Of a DNA stretch of 64,000 nt, positions 1 through 13,356 are shown in pieces. Position 1 is the stretch's first letter; each line of letters opens with the position of its first letter. A program made the position numbers and the translations under genes. A model generated the notes under the pieces. The model ran no database searches and had not been told where the DNA came from. It worked only from the letters and a program-made list of their open reading frames with translations. Source of the stretch: Pirellulales bacterium. GTDB lineage: Bacteria; Planctomycetota; Planctomycetia; Pirellulales; JAEUIK01. The stretch spans positions 136,328-200,327 of the forward strand of contig JBFXAH010000007.1 in NCBI GenBank assembly GCA_050184475.1, read 5' to 3'.

Positions 1-838
1 CAAAGTCGTCCAGCAGCTGCCGCTCGTCGATGTCGACCTCCCACTGCCCCGAGAAGCCAGCCGAACCGCCGACGGACATTAGGAGCCGATGCTCGCCAGA
101 GCCGGGTTGGTACGCTTGCCGGCGATTCAGCAGAATCCACTGCCTGGCAATCTCGGCAACGCCCGAGTAGGCCAAGTCGTCCAAATCCAACGCCTTGCGC
201 CTAGATCCAGAGCCCTTCGTGGTGTGATGGACGAGCACAGGTGTGACTCCAATCTCAAGACACGCCCGGCTGATATCACGCAGCAGCGGCCCCATGTCGT
301 AGAGGTTCTGGGCCTGCCGGTCATTTGCGCCTGCTAACAGGCAGAGGTACAGCGGGTCGATGAACGCGACCCCAACGCTCCGCGCTTGCAATTCCTCGAT
401 CAGCACATCGACATCTATCGGATTGCTCAGTTGCGGCAAGTCGAACGACCAGTAGACATGGGCCTCGTGTAAGCTCCTGCCCTTAGCCGCGCAAATTCGC
501 ATCGCGGTCTCCTGCAGGGTAGCTGGTCCTGACTCCCCGGACAGCAATGCTGTGGGGACGATGTTCGGCACCGCGAAATCGCCAAGGAAGTTTGATCCGA
601 GGCCCAAACTGAGCGCCATGTCGACCACAATCGACGTCTTCATCGACTTCTTGGGAGCTCCGAGTACCCCAATTTCATGTCGCAGCAGAACCTGGCGCAC
701 TAACCATTCGCGCGGATAGGTGGCTGATGCGAACTCCGCCGAATTGATAAATCCCGGTGTATACCTTTGGATCGTGTAAGCCTGTTGAGCGACCTGCGTC
801 GCGAATACCTCAGACAGGTGAGGGGGCACACTACTCAA
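1..838 (-). CDS. RepA/DnaB-like RecA-fold (AAA_25-type) replicative ATPase; C-terminal part lies left of the window
   Basis: Not in the ORF track because it runs off the edge. Hand translation of the minus strand from TTG 838 (GGAGG 7 nt upstream, 4 nt after the primase stop) gives ...REWLVRQVLLRHEIGVLGAPKKSMKTSIVVDMALSLGLGS...GVAFIDPLYLCLLAG...VTPVLVHHTTKGSGSRRKALD.... That is a P-loop-like GxPKxxxKTS, a Walker-B-like strand and an HHxxK segment. The frame stays open to position 1. Confidence 0.7.
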   Translation of the reverse strand, partial: MSSVPPHLSEVFATQVAQQAYTIQRYTPGFINSAEFASATYPREWLVRQVLLRHEIGVLGAPKKSMKTSIVVDMALSLGLGSNFLGDFAVPNIVPTALLSGESGPATLQETAMRICAAKGRSLHEAHVYWSFDLPQLSNPIDVDVLIEELQARSVGVAFIDPLYLCLLAGANDRQAQNLYDMGPLLRDISRACLEIGVTPVLVHHTTKGSGSRRKALDLDDLAYSGVAEIARQWILLNRRQAYQPGSGEHRLLMSVGGSAGFSGQWEVDIDERQLLDDF

Positions 839-842
839 GAGA

Positions 843-1808
843 TCACCTCCCTAGCCCAGGTTGTCGGACCACCCACTCGCGCAGGTCCTTTGCCCCGTCC
901 GGCGGCAAAGCCCAACTCACCTCGTTTCGCAACGCACCTCCGAGCCGTCGAGCCACCTCTTGGGCCCCCTCTCGGCCAGGCCACGTGCCATCGGACCTCG
1001 CATCGTGCTCGCCCATCACGTTGATGGTCCTATCGGCCGGCATCCAACTCAGCGACGCGACCAGCAGGTTGATGCCACCTCTGGCAGAAGGCCGTCCCAG
1101 TCCACATAGCCCAAGCTCTACTAGAGCAGCCGTGTCGCTAGCTCCCTCGACGATGTAGATCGGGCCGGGCCGCAAGTACCACTCAAATGGTAGGTAAAGC
1201 CCGCGGCGCCCTCCGCCGCAGAGTCGCTTTGCGCCGTCGCGCGAGCGTAGCAGGATGCCGATTTCGTGACCTTGTGCATCTCGCTCCGGGAATGCCCACT
1301 GCTTGGTGTGGGTGTCCCAGCCTACCGACAACGCGGTCAAGGACCCAACGGACAGACCGAGTTGAGTCGCCAACTCCGAGGCCAGTTCGGTCGTGAGTGC
1401 ATCCATATATTGTAGAGTGCGCTGTCGCCAGATCGGGTCGGGTGGTTCAGCGGCCGGTGCGCCTGGCAATGTCACTTGCAGCCGGCTGGCCTTTGTCCTC
1501 GCCACGGGGAAAAGATCCGCCATGCGGAGACCGAGCCGCGCGACGACGGTTTCCGGGGCGCAACCTGCATGACAGTGCAGCAACACTCGCCCGTCGGATG
1601 CCTGCGCTACGGTGAGGCTAGGGGCGTGATCGTCGTGTGCCGGGCAGCGCGCTAAAAAGCCGTCACCGCAGTGACTCGCAGCGGTTAGCCGACTAAGCAC
1701 TAAATCGAGTGGAGTCTTACGATCGATGTCAGATTCTGGGACCTGTGTCGATTGCCTGCAATCGCCGAGCGACTGCGATGGCATGGTTCCCTGCGGTGGG
1801 TAAGTCAT
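843..1808 (-). CDS. DNA primase-like protein (zinc-binding motif + Toprim)
   Basis: 321 aa. CPAHDDHAPS...LLHCHAGC is a zinc-finger-like motif. It is followed by Toprim-like IYIVEGASDTAAL and NVMGEHDARSDG. A GAGGAG RBS precedes ATG 1808. The gene abuts the helicase-like ATPase. Confidence 0.75.
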   Translation of the reverse strand: MTYPPQGTMPSQSLGDCRQSTQVPESDIDRKTPLDLVLSRLTAASHCGDGFLARCPAHDDHAPSLTVAQASDGRVLLHCHAGCAPETVVARLGLRMADLFPVARTKASRLQVTLPGAPAAEPPDPIWRQRTLQYMDALTTELASELATQLGLSVGSLTALSVGWDTHTKQWAFPERDAQGHEIGILLRSRDGAKRLCGGGRRGLYLPFEWYLRPGPIYIVEGASDTAALVELGLCGLGRPSARGGINLLVASLSWMPADRTINVMGEHDARSDGTWPGREGAQEVARRLGGALRNEVSWALPPDGAKDLREWVVRQPGLGR

Positions 1809-1853
1809 GTGTCTCCTCTTGTGGGTGATTTGGTTCTGTTTTTTTCAACAACT

Positions 1854-2114
1854 CTAGAAGTAGTTCCGCACGCCGACTGGCGTGCACTGACGTCTCGCAG
1901 GTTGCGGCTTTCGGGGCACGACGGCACGCCGCGACTCGAACTCAGCCAGGTCGCTGACATCGACGAGGTATCTTGGCCGGCCGCCGCGGCGAGTTGAGGC
2001 ATCGATCGCCGGCAACTCGCCGCTCCGGATCCAGGCCAGCACCTTGTCGGTACTGACTCCCCACCGCTTGGCGATTTGCGGTGGCGTTTGCTTTTGCAGA
2101 AGATTCTCACTCAT
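1854..2114 (-). CDS. excisionase / AlpA-type helix-turn-helix DNA-binding protein
   Basis: 86 aa. TPPQIAKRWGVSTDKVLAWIRSGELPAID is a typical excisionase-family HTH. It sits between the integrase and the primase. A GAGGTG RBS is present. Confidence 0.7.
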   Translation of the reverse strand: MSENLLQKQTPPQIAKRWGVSTDKVLAWIRSGELPAIDASTRRGGRPRYLVDVSDLAEFESRRAVVPRKPQPARRQCTPVGVRNYF

Positions 2115-2141
2115 GGTGCACCTCGCGATACAAGGTGCACC
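2115..2141. promoter_or_regulatory. two copies of the palindrome GGTGCACC (2115-2122, 2134-2141) at the excisionase start
   Basis: Read directly. An identical 8-nt self-complementary motif occurs twice, 19 bp start-to-start. The first copy touches the xis ATG (2112-2114). This is a candidate operator only. Confidence 0.35.
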
Positions 2142-2601
2142 TTGGACTAGACGGGTCTGCCCTTAGAGTTGGCGCAGACTGGCAGTTGTAGACGCGCGCA
2201 GCGGCGCATACAGAAAACTCAATGCTCATGTAATCGCTATTGTCGGGCTACAGATTGCCTAGCAACCTAAAGCCTCGAAAGCGCTCTACTGCGGCCAAAC
2301 CTTGGTCGCCCGAGCGTTTACTAACGGCTTTCTTACACCTGCGAGCACGCAGGTGCAAAAGCGTCTGTCATCATTGACAATAGCGATCTCTGGAGAGCAC
2401 CAGAGACGACACCGGGTTGCGTCCCGGAACGCCGAAATTCTTCTAGCGACATCTTTACGGGGGAGTCGCCATCCCCGAATGGACTTTCGAGGCTTGACTT
2501 TCCCTATTATTAGAATTAGCCCTGGCCCGTCAAGATCCGCCGTCCAAGTCGTGGTTGAGTTTGGCGACCGGTATTCCTAACAACAACGCGCGACTTGCGT
2601 C

Positions 2602-3747
2602 TCACAAACGAAACAGCCATCCTCGTACATGTTTTGTCACTGTTAGCAGCCGCTCATCGCTGATTCGCTCGCGGTAGACGCTGGCCATGTCGTCGCGGGC
2701 ATGGCCCATAATGTGGTCAACCGCGACCTGGTCCTTGGCTTCGCCAGCGACCGTCTCGAAGGTGTGGCGAAGCGCGTAGAAGTTCAGGCCTGGGCGGTGC
2801 AGTCTGAGGGACTTCAGGAGCTTCGTCATTTCCTTGGTCACGGGGTTGTCACAAGTAACCTTCGCCCAGGGTTGCCCGTATTTAGTGACGAACACCAACC
2901 GATCGTAGCCAAGGTCCTTCGGCTTTGGTCGTTTCTTAGCTACAACCTGCAGGGCGGCAACTGTCTCCGGCCATAACGGACAACGCCGCTGAACCCCAGT
3001 TTTGGGACGAGGATAGTCGATCCAACCATTGGTCAGGCTGAGAGCAGATCTGGGCAAATTCGCGACGTCACTGTTGCCGAACCCGCAGTTTATCCCCAGC
3101 AGGATCATTGCCTTCAGCTGTGTTCCGGCGCCCTCAAGCATGGCACGAATCTCTTTAGCCTCGAACAGCCGGGGGCCTTTCTCGTTGCGAACTTTGCGTA
3201 GGGTTTTCTTGCTCGGTCGCTTAAACGTCGGACCGAATCGGACCGGTCGATCGATCAGTTCCACGTCGTAGGCGAACTTGAACACACTGCGCACGCGTTG
3301 GATTTCATTGCCGAGCGCCACAGGGCCCCGCGTTTTAGCGAGCATGACACGCAGCCTGTCGAAGTCTTCCGCACGGAGGTCCGGTACTTGACGTGTCCGG
3401 CCAAATGCATCGACGATGCGAGTACAGACAGCTATGTAGTCAGCAAAGGTCCGCTCGGTGATTTCGCCGGTGTCAGCCAGGGTGCGTTTGGCGGTCAAGA
3501 ATCGGTTGCACAAGTCTCGAACGGTTGCACCATCGGGCGAGGTCCGCGGCTGTCGTCCCGCGTATAGGTCGTCTCGCTGGTCCAGGTACAATTGGAGAGC
3601 TGCGTCGGGTTCCGTCCAGGGGCCAAAGTAAACGAGCTTTCCGCGAATCTTCTTGGCCCACCTTCTGGTCGCATGTGGAAATAGAGGAAAACCTGGGTAT
3701 GGCTTTGTGGGTCTTTTGACGCTAGGCCGGCAAGTCAATTTAGGCAT
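2602..3747 (-). CDS. tyrosine-type site-specific integrase
   Basis: 381 aa. The C-terminal catalytic region has LRHTFETVAG...HIMGHARDDMASVYRE (R..HxxR..Y signature). The N-terminal part looks like a SAM-like core-binding region. The gene ends 105 nt from a tRNA gene. Confidence 0.9.
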   Translation of the reverse strand: MPKLTCRPSVKRPTKPYPGFPLFPHATRRWAKKIRGKLVYFGPWTEPDAALQLYLDQRDDLYAGRQPRTSPDGATVRDLCNRFLTAKRTLADTGEITERTFADYIAVCTRIVDAFGRTRQVPDLRAEDFDRLRVMLAKTRGPVALGNEIQRVRSVFKFAYDVELIDRPVRFGPTFKRPSKKTLRKVRNEKGPRLFEAKEIRAMLEGAGTQLKAMILLGINCGFGNSDVANLPRSALSLTNGWIDYPRPKTGVQRRCPLWPETVAALQVVAKKRPKPKDLGYDRLVFVTKYGQPWAKVTCDNPVTKEMTKLLKSLRLHRPGLNFYALRHTFETVAGEAKDQVAVDHIMGHARDDMASVYRERISDERLLTVTKHVRGWLFRL

Positions 3748-3851
3748 GAGGTGGCTCGGGTCCGGACCATTGCAGGTGTCAGAATGGGTGTCATCCCGAT
3801 ATACTTGCCCTTGGTGACATAGTCAACAAGGCACTATGCACAAATATCTTA

Positions 3852-3924
<73 letters not shown>

Positions 3925-4013
3925 CATTTCCAGCACAATCGCTGAGCGTGCCGTGACCGGTGTGTCGCAAGTGAGGGCCTCGATGACCCTTAGAGAAAAG
4001 CTTGTCCGAAGAG

Positions 4014-4095
4014 CGGAGGGCACGGGAGTCGAACCCGCAACCGGTTGCCCGGCATCTGATTTCGAGTCAGACCGCTAGCCATTCGCTTACCCTCC
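4014..4095 (-). tRNA. tRNA-Ser (anticodon CGA), class II with long variable arm; D-arm atypical
   Basis: The minus strand reads GGAGGGT-AA-GCGAATGGCTAGCGG-TCTGA-CTCGAAA-TCAGA-TGCCGGGCAACCGGTT-GCGGG-TTCGACT-CCCGT-GCCCTCC-G. The acceptor, anticodon, variable (CCGG-GCAA-CCGG) and T arms are all good. The two D-stem strands (GCG/GCG) are not complementary, and position 8 is A. Confidence 0.7.
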
Positions 4096-4578
4096 GAGGG
4101 AGCACCGTGGCGCCGCAAACCGAGGGCAGTTCTCCGGGCGGCCGTCACGGCTGGCACTCCCAGAATTTACTGGGCCAGGCAGACTCGGACAAGCGAGCCT
4201 GCCGGCCGGTCAAACCGCCGCGGCGGAGTTTTTCGGGCCATTCGCCGGGCGGATGGCATTGGTCCGACGGGGCTCGATCGGCGCCGTGGGTGCGGCCGGC
4301 ACAGTCGGCAAGACACGCGCAAGGCATCGCCGGTTCGGCAGCAGCCCGAAGGTCAACGGCCGCACGCCCCGCATATTCGCTTCGCGTGGCGGCGAGCGAC
4401 GAGCGACACGTGGGGCTCGTAACGAAGGTGAACGGCGACACGAACCTGCCGGTTCTGGCGCGGCTCCCTCTTGTGTCGGGGCCAACAAAACTCCGCGATG
4501 CCGCGGGGGGAGACCGCCGATACCCCTCAGGTTCAAAAATCCTCTTCTCCAGCATTCAGTTCTGGGAGTCCCACACCG

Positions 4579-4890
4579 ATGACCAAAGAGATCTTCCGCG
4601 TCGTCACCCGCGGCGCCGACGGCAAACTTCGCGTCAAGGACTACCCCAAGCAAGACGCCGTCCAGAAGGTCCATACCCAGATTGGCATCGACGACTGCAG
4701 CACCGACTTGAGCCTGCGCGGGCTGCCGGTGTTTCGCGGCCTGATCGGTCCGATGCCCGAGGGCTCGAACGTCATACGCTACGAGTCGCCCGACGTCTTC
4801 GAGTCGCTGACGAAAGACTGGGTGGCGTCGAAGTCGGGTCGCAAGTCGCGTGGGCAATCGCGTCGGCTCGATCCGCCCGAAACCGTCTAA
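4579..4890 (+). CDS. hypothetical protein (about 103 aa)
   Basis: This is the inner ATG of ORF 4471..4890, with GGGAG about 11 nt upstream. The composition is balanced and protein-like (MTKEIFRVVTRGADGKLRVKDYPKQDAVQK...). I recognise no motif. Confidence 0.45.
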   Translation: MTKEIFRVVTRGADGKLRVKDYPKQDAVQKVHTQIGIDDCSTDLSLRGLPVFRGLIGPMPEGSNVIRYESPDVFESLTKDWVASKSGRKSRGQSRRLDPPETV

Positions 4891-4933
4891 GCGCCGGCTG
4901 GCGATCGCTCTGCCGGATCCGAATCAGCGACCG

Positions 4934-5887
4934 CTATTGCTGCTGTTGTTGCTGCTGATGTTGCTCGTCGGCCAGCGTGCCGTGTCGCGGGCGGAGCATC
5001 GAAATCGTCGGCACGTCGAGCGGTTGCAAATGCTCGTGCCAGGCGAGCGAGGGTAGCCGGGGCAATTCGCGGGTGGCCACGCGGACGCAGATCTTTTCGT
5101 CGGCTTCACCGCGATGCGTGCCCCGATTCGGCGGCACGTCGGTGTAATCGCGACCAATCGCTACGCGCACGAACCAGTCGGTCGCCTCGCAGCAATTCGT
5201 CGGGTCGTAGCCGAGCCAGCCCACGTCGGGCAGCCAGACCTCGCACCAGGCGTGGCTTTGCGAGTCTTTGTCGGGACGGTGGATGTAGCCGCTGACGTAG
5301 CGCGCCGGCACACCGTAAGAACGCAGCACGGCGATCATCAAGTGCGCGAAGTCCTGGCAGACGCCCTTGCCGGTCTCGAGCAAATGATCGATGGTCGACG
5401 TGCTGTCGGTGACGCCGCGCTCGTACTCGAACCGGTCGCGGAAGAACCGACCGACTTGTTCGATCCAGTCCCCCACGCGGCAGCCTTCGGGGGGCGCCAG
5501 TTGTCCGCGGATGGTCTGCAGGCGAGGCGAGTCGTGGACAGGGCCGCGGTAGGGCAGGAAGTCGAGCACGTCGCAGGTGTTCGTGGCGTCGGTCAGCGGG
5601 AAGGTCGCCGTGCTATCGGCCAGGCGGCGTTGCGGCAGACCGGTTTCGACCACGCTGGCCGCCAACACGCGAATCTGTTGATGCGGCGCCAACAGATTGA
5701 AGTGATGCACGCGGTTGCCGAAACCGTCGAGGTACCAAAACACGTTCGTCGGCTGGCTGACAGCCAAATGAAACGAATGGCAGCTTTGCTGCTCGTCGGT
5801 AACGGGCTGCATCCGCAGCTCGGCCAACCATTCGGAGACGGTTTCGGAGTATTCGAGCCGCGTCTCGTGTTGAATCTCGATGATCAT
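4934..5887 (-). CDS. transglutaminase-family protein (Bact_transglu_N + transglutaminase core)
   Basis: 317 aa. GKGVCQDFAHLMIAVLRSYGVPARYVSGY...SHAWCEVWLPDVGWLGYDPTN carries the Cys-His-Asp core. It is the last gene of the ATP-grasp/alpha-E/TGase triad. Confidence 0.85.
   Translation of the reverse strand: MIIEIQHETRLEYSETVSEWLAELRMQPVTDEQQSCHSFHLAVSQPTNVFWYLDGFGNRVHHFNLLAPHQQIRVLAASVVETGLPQRRLADSTATFPLTDATNTCDVLDFLPYRGPVHDSPRLQTIRGQLAPPEGCRVGDWIEQVGRFFRDRFEYERGVTDSTSTIDHLLETGKGVCQDFAHLMIAVLRSYGVPARYVSGYIHRPDKDSQSHAWCEVWLPDVGWLGYDPTNCCEATDWFVRVAIGRDYTDVPPNRGTHRGEADEKICVRVATRELPRLPSLAWHEHLQPLDVPTISMLRPRHGTLADEQHQQQQQQQ
4937..4963 (-). repeat. (CAR)n glutamine-codon run at the 3' end of the transglutaminase gene
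   Basis: The + strand reads TTGCTGCTGTTGTTGCTGCTG-ATG-TTG. This encodes ...EQHQQQQQQQ-stop, with seven consecutive Gln codons directly before the stop. Confidence 0.9.
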
Positions 5888-5923
5888 GGGCAGTCGGCCA
5901 GTGGGTCGGCGGTCGAGTGGTCG

Positions 5924-6874
5924 CTAGACGAGTGAGTACTGTTCTTGCACTGCCACCGTCGCGCGTGCGCAGCGTTGACCGGTTGTTTCGAGGAACGAGT
6001 GCAAGGCGTCATCGAGTACCTCGTGCGGCTCGGCGTATTCGAGATCGACGATGGCCCGCCCGAGAATGCGGCCCGCGCGGCCCCCCGGTTGCCCGGGATC
6101 GTCGCCTCCGATGGCCGCCAAATTCTCGGCCGCAGCCTTCAGACAAAACCGCACCGAGTAGGGAAAGTCGGGATTGAAGAGCAAGAATTCCAACACCCGT
6201 TCGGGCTCGACGCGGCTGATGTAGAGCCGCTGATAGGGATGATAGGCCTGGCAACATTCCAATACGCTGGCCCAGTGAAGGTTGGCCAGCGAGAGCTCCA
6301 TGGTGTCGGCCAGCGCCCGCAGTTGCCGGTAGCGGGTGTTGAGGATTCGCAGCGTCTTGTCGGCGCGTTCGAGGTACTTGGCGAGCTGAATGAACCGCCA
6401 GCTCTCGTCGTGGATCATCGTGGCGTCGCAAACGCCTTGAAACATCTGGTTGCCGGTTTGGACCGACTGATAGAGCTCGTGCGGCGAATCTTGCGCGCGG
6501 CGGCGAAACTCCGGGTCGGTCAACTGCCAATACAGCTTGTTCAGCTCGCGCCACATATCGGAGCTGATCGACCCGCGAATGCTGCGCGCGTTGTTGCGCG
6601 CGCGGTTGATGCAGGTCATGATGCTGGTGGGGTTCGCGCTCGAGAAGGTGAGCGCTTCGCTGACGGCGGCCGACAGCGGACCATCGGCTTCGCCCGGCGC
6701 CGGTTGCTGCAAGATCGCCAGCACGGCGGCCCATTGTAATTCTTGCGCGCCGGCCACGACGCCGTGCAGATCGAGCTCAAGGTGAAAACTGACTTCCAGC
6801 AGCCGCGCGACGTGGTCGGCCCGCTCGACGTAGCGGCTCATCCAGAACATGGCGTCGGCTACGCGACTGAGCAT
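5924..6874 (-). CDS. alpha-E domain protein (DUF403 family)
   Basis: 316 aa. The N-terminus MLSRVADAMFWMSRYVERADHVARLLEV is the hallmark start of alpha-E proteins. The gene sits between the ATP-grasp and transglutaminase genes. Confidence 0.85.
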   Translation of the reverse strand: MLSRVADAMFWMSRYVERADHVARLLEVSFHLELDLHGVVAGAQELQWAAVLAILQQPAPGEADGPLSAAVSEALTFSSANPTSIMTCINRARNNARSIRGSISSDMWRELNKLYWQLTDPEFRRRAQDSPHELYQSVQTGNQMFQGVCDATMIHDESWRFIQLAKYLERADKTLRILNTRYRQLRALADTMELSLANLHWASVLECCQAYHPYQRLYISRVEPERVLEFLLFNPDFPYSVRFCLKAAAENLAAIGGDDPGQPGGRAGRILGRAIVDLEYAEPHEVLDDALHSFLETTGQRCARATVAVQEQYSLV

Positions 6875-6952
6875 CGTATTGCGTACGCTTGATAGTTGAG
6901 GAGTGGAAACATCGAAGGCCGCCGGCCGACTTGATCGGCCGGGAATCTGCCG

Positions 6953-8455
<1,503 letters not shown>

Positions 8456-8753
8456 GGCGATAAGGCCGCCGGGCGAAATGACAGCGAATTGTAGGGGCAC
8501 GCAAAAAAGTTGCACGCCCGATTTCCGGCTTAATGTACAGGCAAGCGATGCGTTGACCAAAGGCACCCACACCGGCGGCGTAGCGACGGCGCGCGGCCCG
8601 ACAACCGGGACAAGTTGCAGATCAACACCGCTAAGTTAGGCTGGCGTTTGAACTAACGGGCGTTTCGCGGCGGCTGATCCCTCTCAGGCGACGGGGTTTC
8701 ACGCAACTGGTGTGCCACGCCGTCGGCATGAAAGCATGGGCTGGCAGCCGCGT

Positions 8754-10820
8754 TCAACCACGCGCGCCCCTGCGAGGCGTCGCTTCGCCAACCGATCCCT
8801 CGTCGTCGGCCCGCTCGATCAGCCGCCGGCAGTCGGGGAGCGATTCGAGAAACGTGCGTCCATAGTGCTTGGTGCGCACGCGCGGGTCGAGGATCACCAC
8901 CATGCCGCGGTCGCGGCGCGTGCGGATCAACCGCCCGAAGCCTTGCTTGAGCTTGATGACCGACTCGGGGAGTTGATACTCGGCGAACGGATTGCCGCCG
9001 CGCGCCCGGATGGCTTCGAGCCGGGCTTCCAAGAGCGGGCGGTCGGGCACGCTGAACGGCAGCCGGGTGATGATCACGTTCACAAGCGCCTCGCCCGGCA
9101 CGTCGACGCCTTGCCAGAAGCTATCGGTTCCCAGGAGCACGCCGCGCGGCTCGGCCTTGAATTGTTCGAGCAGTTGATTGCGCGGCGTCCCTTCGGCCTG
9201 CGAATAGAGCTTCAAGCCGCGCTGGCTGAGCCAGCCGGCGAGATCCGCGGCCGCGCGACGCAACATGTCATAGCTGGTGAACAGCACAAAGGCGTGGCCG
9301 TCGGTCTGGGCGACGTAGCGGCGAATCAGCCTGAGCACGCAGCGCTCGTAGCCGGCGGCGTCGGCCGTCGGGTCGGGCATGCCGTCGAGCAAAACGAGCG
9401 TCGCTTGCTCGCGATAGTCGAACGGGCTACCGAGCTGAAGTTCGTCGGTCTCGTCGAGCCCCAGCCGCGATGTCAGAAAATCGAACGATCGCGAACGCCC
9501 GACGGCCAGCGTGGCGCTGGTCAGGATCACCGACGGAACCTGATCGAAGAGGTGTTCACGCAGAGCTGGCCCCACATCCAAGGGGGCTGCGGCCAGCACC
9601 GTGCGCGGGTTGCGGCCAGCGATCGTTTCGAGCCAATAGACCGATTCGTGCAAGCTGTGGTCGAGCCAGGCATTGAGCTGGCCGGCCAGCGCATCGAGCC
9701 GATCGGCGGCCGCGGTGAAGTCCTGCTTTTCCTCCGGGCGGAGGTTTCGGCCCACATGGCGGACACCCTCGGCCAGATCGACGAGCGCCGGTGATAGATC
9801 GTTTTGGACGATCTGCGGTTGCTCGATGCGGCCATTGCGCGGCGCGTACGATTGCGCCCAGTAACGCACGTCGGCGAAGAAATCATCGCAGAGATTCCGA
9901 CAACCGGCGACCTGGTTTTGCAAGTTGAGCAGATTGCCCGACGCCAGCAGTCCGCGACCGCGATCGTTGAACAATTTGTTGAGCAGGTAGTGCACCTGGC
10001 TCGAGGTGAGGTTTAATCCCAAGTGCTCGCTGGCCACGTGCTCGAGCGTGTGGGCTTCGTCGAAGACGACGATGTCGTAGTCGGGCAGCAGGTTCACGCC
10101 CAACCGGCGCAGTGCCAGGTCGCTGAAGAACAGGGCGTGATTGACGATCAGAATCTGGGCGTGCTGGCTGCGCGTCCGCGCCTGGTAATAAAAGCAGTCG
10201 CCATACGAAGGGCATTGCCGCCCCAGACAATTGCCGTGATCGCTGCGGACCTCGTCCCAGACTTCGCCGGGCGGACGGCGCGGCAGATCAGCCAGAGAGC
10301 CGTCGTGCGTTTTGTTGGCCCAGGCGGCCACTTGCCGCAACGCTTGCTGATCCTGGCGCTCGAACAAGCCTTGGCTGCGCTTCACGGCGTTGTCGAGCCG
10401 CCGCAAGCTGACGTAGTTGCCGCGCCCCTTGACCAGCACGGCCGAGAATTCCAGCGGGATCACCGCGTTGAGAAAAGGAATGTCCTTGGCGATCAACTGC
10501 TCCTGCAAGCTGATCGTGTGCGTCGACACGACGGCCCGCAGGGCTGGAGCATCATCGTCGCCGTCGTCGTCGCGCGGGCGTTGCCGGGCCGAGTTGGGGA
10601 CAAACCCGTCTTGCGCGGTGGCCAGAATCAGCGGCACCAGATAGGCGAAGCTCTTGCCGACGCCGGTCCCTGCTTCGACCACCAGGTGCCGGCCGGCGCG
10701 AATCGCCGCCGCGACGCCTTCGGCCATTGCGAGTTGCTGCGGCCGATGCTCGTAGTGCGGCAACCGGGCCGCGATGCGCCCCTGGGGGCCGAGGATGTCG
10801 CTGGCCGATAGCACGCTCAT
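8754..10820 (-). CDS. DinG/XPD-family ATP-dependent DNA helicase
   Basis: Motifs seen are [13 protein letters not shown] (motif I), [10 protein letters not shown] (DEAH) and the Cys cluster [19 protein letters not shown] (Fe-S). The start is either ATG 10820 ([12 protein letters not shown]...) or the upstream 10889. Confidence 0.85.
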   Translation of the reverse strand: MSVLSASDILGPQGRIAARLPHYEHRPQQLAMAEGVAAAIRAGRHLVVEAGTGVGKSFAYLVPLILATAQDGFVPNSARQRPRDDDGDDDAPALRAVVSTHTISLQEQLIAKDIPFLNAVIPLEFSAVLVKGRGNYVSLRRLDNAVKRSQGLFERQDQQALRQVAAWANKTHDGSLADLPRRPPGEVWDEVRSDHGNCLGRQCPSYGDCFYYQARTRSQHAQILIVNHALFFSDLALRRLGVNLLPDYDIVVFDEAHTLEHVASEHLGLNLTSSQVHYLLNKLFNDRGRGLLASGNLLNLQNQVAGCRNLCDDFFADVRYWAQSYAPRNGRIEQPQIVQNDLSPALVDLAEGVRHVGRNLRPEEKQDFTAAADRLDALAGQLNAWLDHSLHESVYWLETIAGRNPRTVLAAAPLDVGPALREHLFDQVPSVILTSATLAVGRSRSFDFLTSRLGLDETDELQLGSPFDYREQATLVLLDGMPDPTADAAGYERCVLRLIRRYVAQTDGHAFVLFTSYDMLRRAAADLAGWLSQRGLKLYSQAEGTPRNQLLEQFKAEPRGVLLGTDSFWQGVDVPGEALVNVIITRLPFSVPDRPLLEARLEAIRARGGNPFAEYQLPESVIKLKQGFGRLIRTRRDRGMVVILDPRVRTKHYGRTFLESLPDCRRLIERADDEGSVGEATPRRGARG

Positions 10821-10895
10821 CCTAGCCGCCGCGCAAAGCCGCTCCGATGCGGTTGGCTCGCCGGCCGCCCCCGGAGCGGTGGGCGGCAACAGACG

Positions 10896-12971
<2,076 letters not shown>

Positions 12972-13356
12972 GGTTCAGTCTCTTGTTCCGCCGGCGCAAC
13001 ACGATGGCGCTAACCGGCTAGGCTCCAGGTCTTGCTAGGGTGCTGGCGCTGGCTGCCGGCGTTGCGTGCCGGCGCGCCTCTTGTTCGTTGGAAAGCCCGC
13101 GGCGGTGAGATCCGCCGGGCCTGCCGACACGCCCCGGGGCTGGGGCGCCGCCTGTCTAGGTAGGACCGTACTGGCTATATCCTACTCAAATTCGTCCGCC
13201 GGCGAAGAGCAAATTCAGTCTACCCGACAGAAACGGTCGAATTCATGCCAGCTTCACGATCCCCCACTCTTAGCCAGGCAGGCCAGTTTCCATTCGCTCT
13301 CCTGTTAGAAGTTGCTTGTTGACGCTCGCTGGATCGCCCGATTAGCCTTGGGCGCC

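Larger units (their letters stand above)
1..3747. mobile_element. right-hand module of an integrative (P4/PICI/IME-like) element, truncated by the window edge
   Basis: The genes int, xis, primase and helicase-like ATPase run co-linearly on the minus strand. The DNA is visibly more AT-rich than the neighbouring sequence, and tRNA genes lie immediately to the right. The exact right boundary (3748-4013) and the left end are unknown. Confidence 0.6.

Noticed and set aside
4002-4958. 318-aa TTG-initiated + ORF
   Set aside because: It starts inside and reads across the tRNA-Ser gene. It is Arg/Ser/Pro-rich and ends in a poly-Cys run that is simply the out-of-frame reading of the (YTG)n tract. Only the inner 4579-4890 frame looks protein-like, and that is a different frame.
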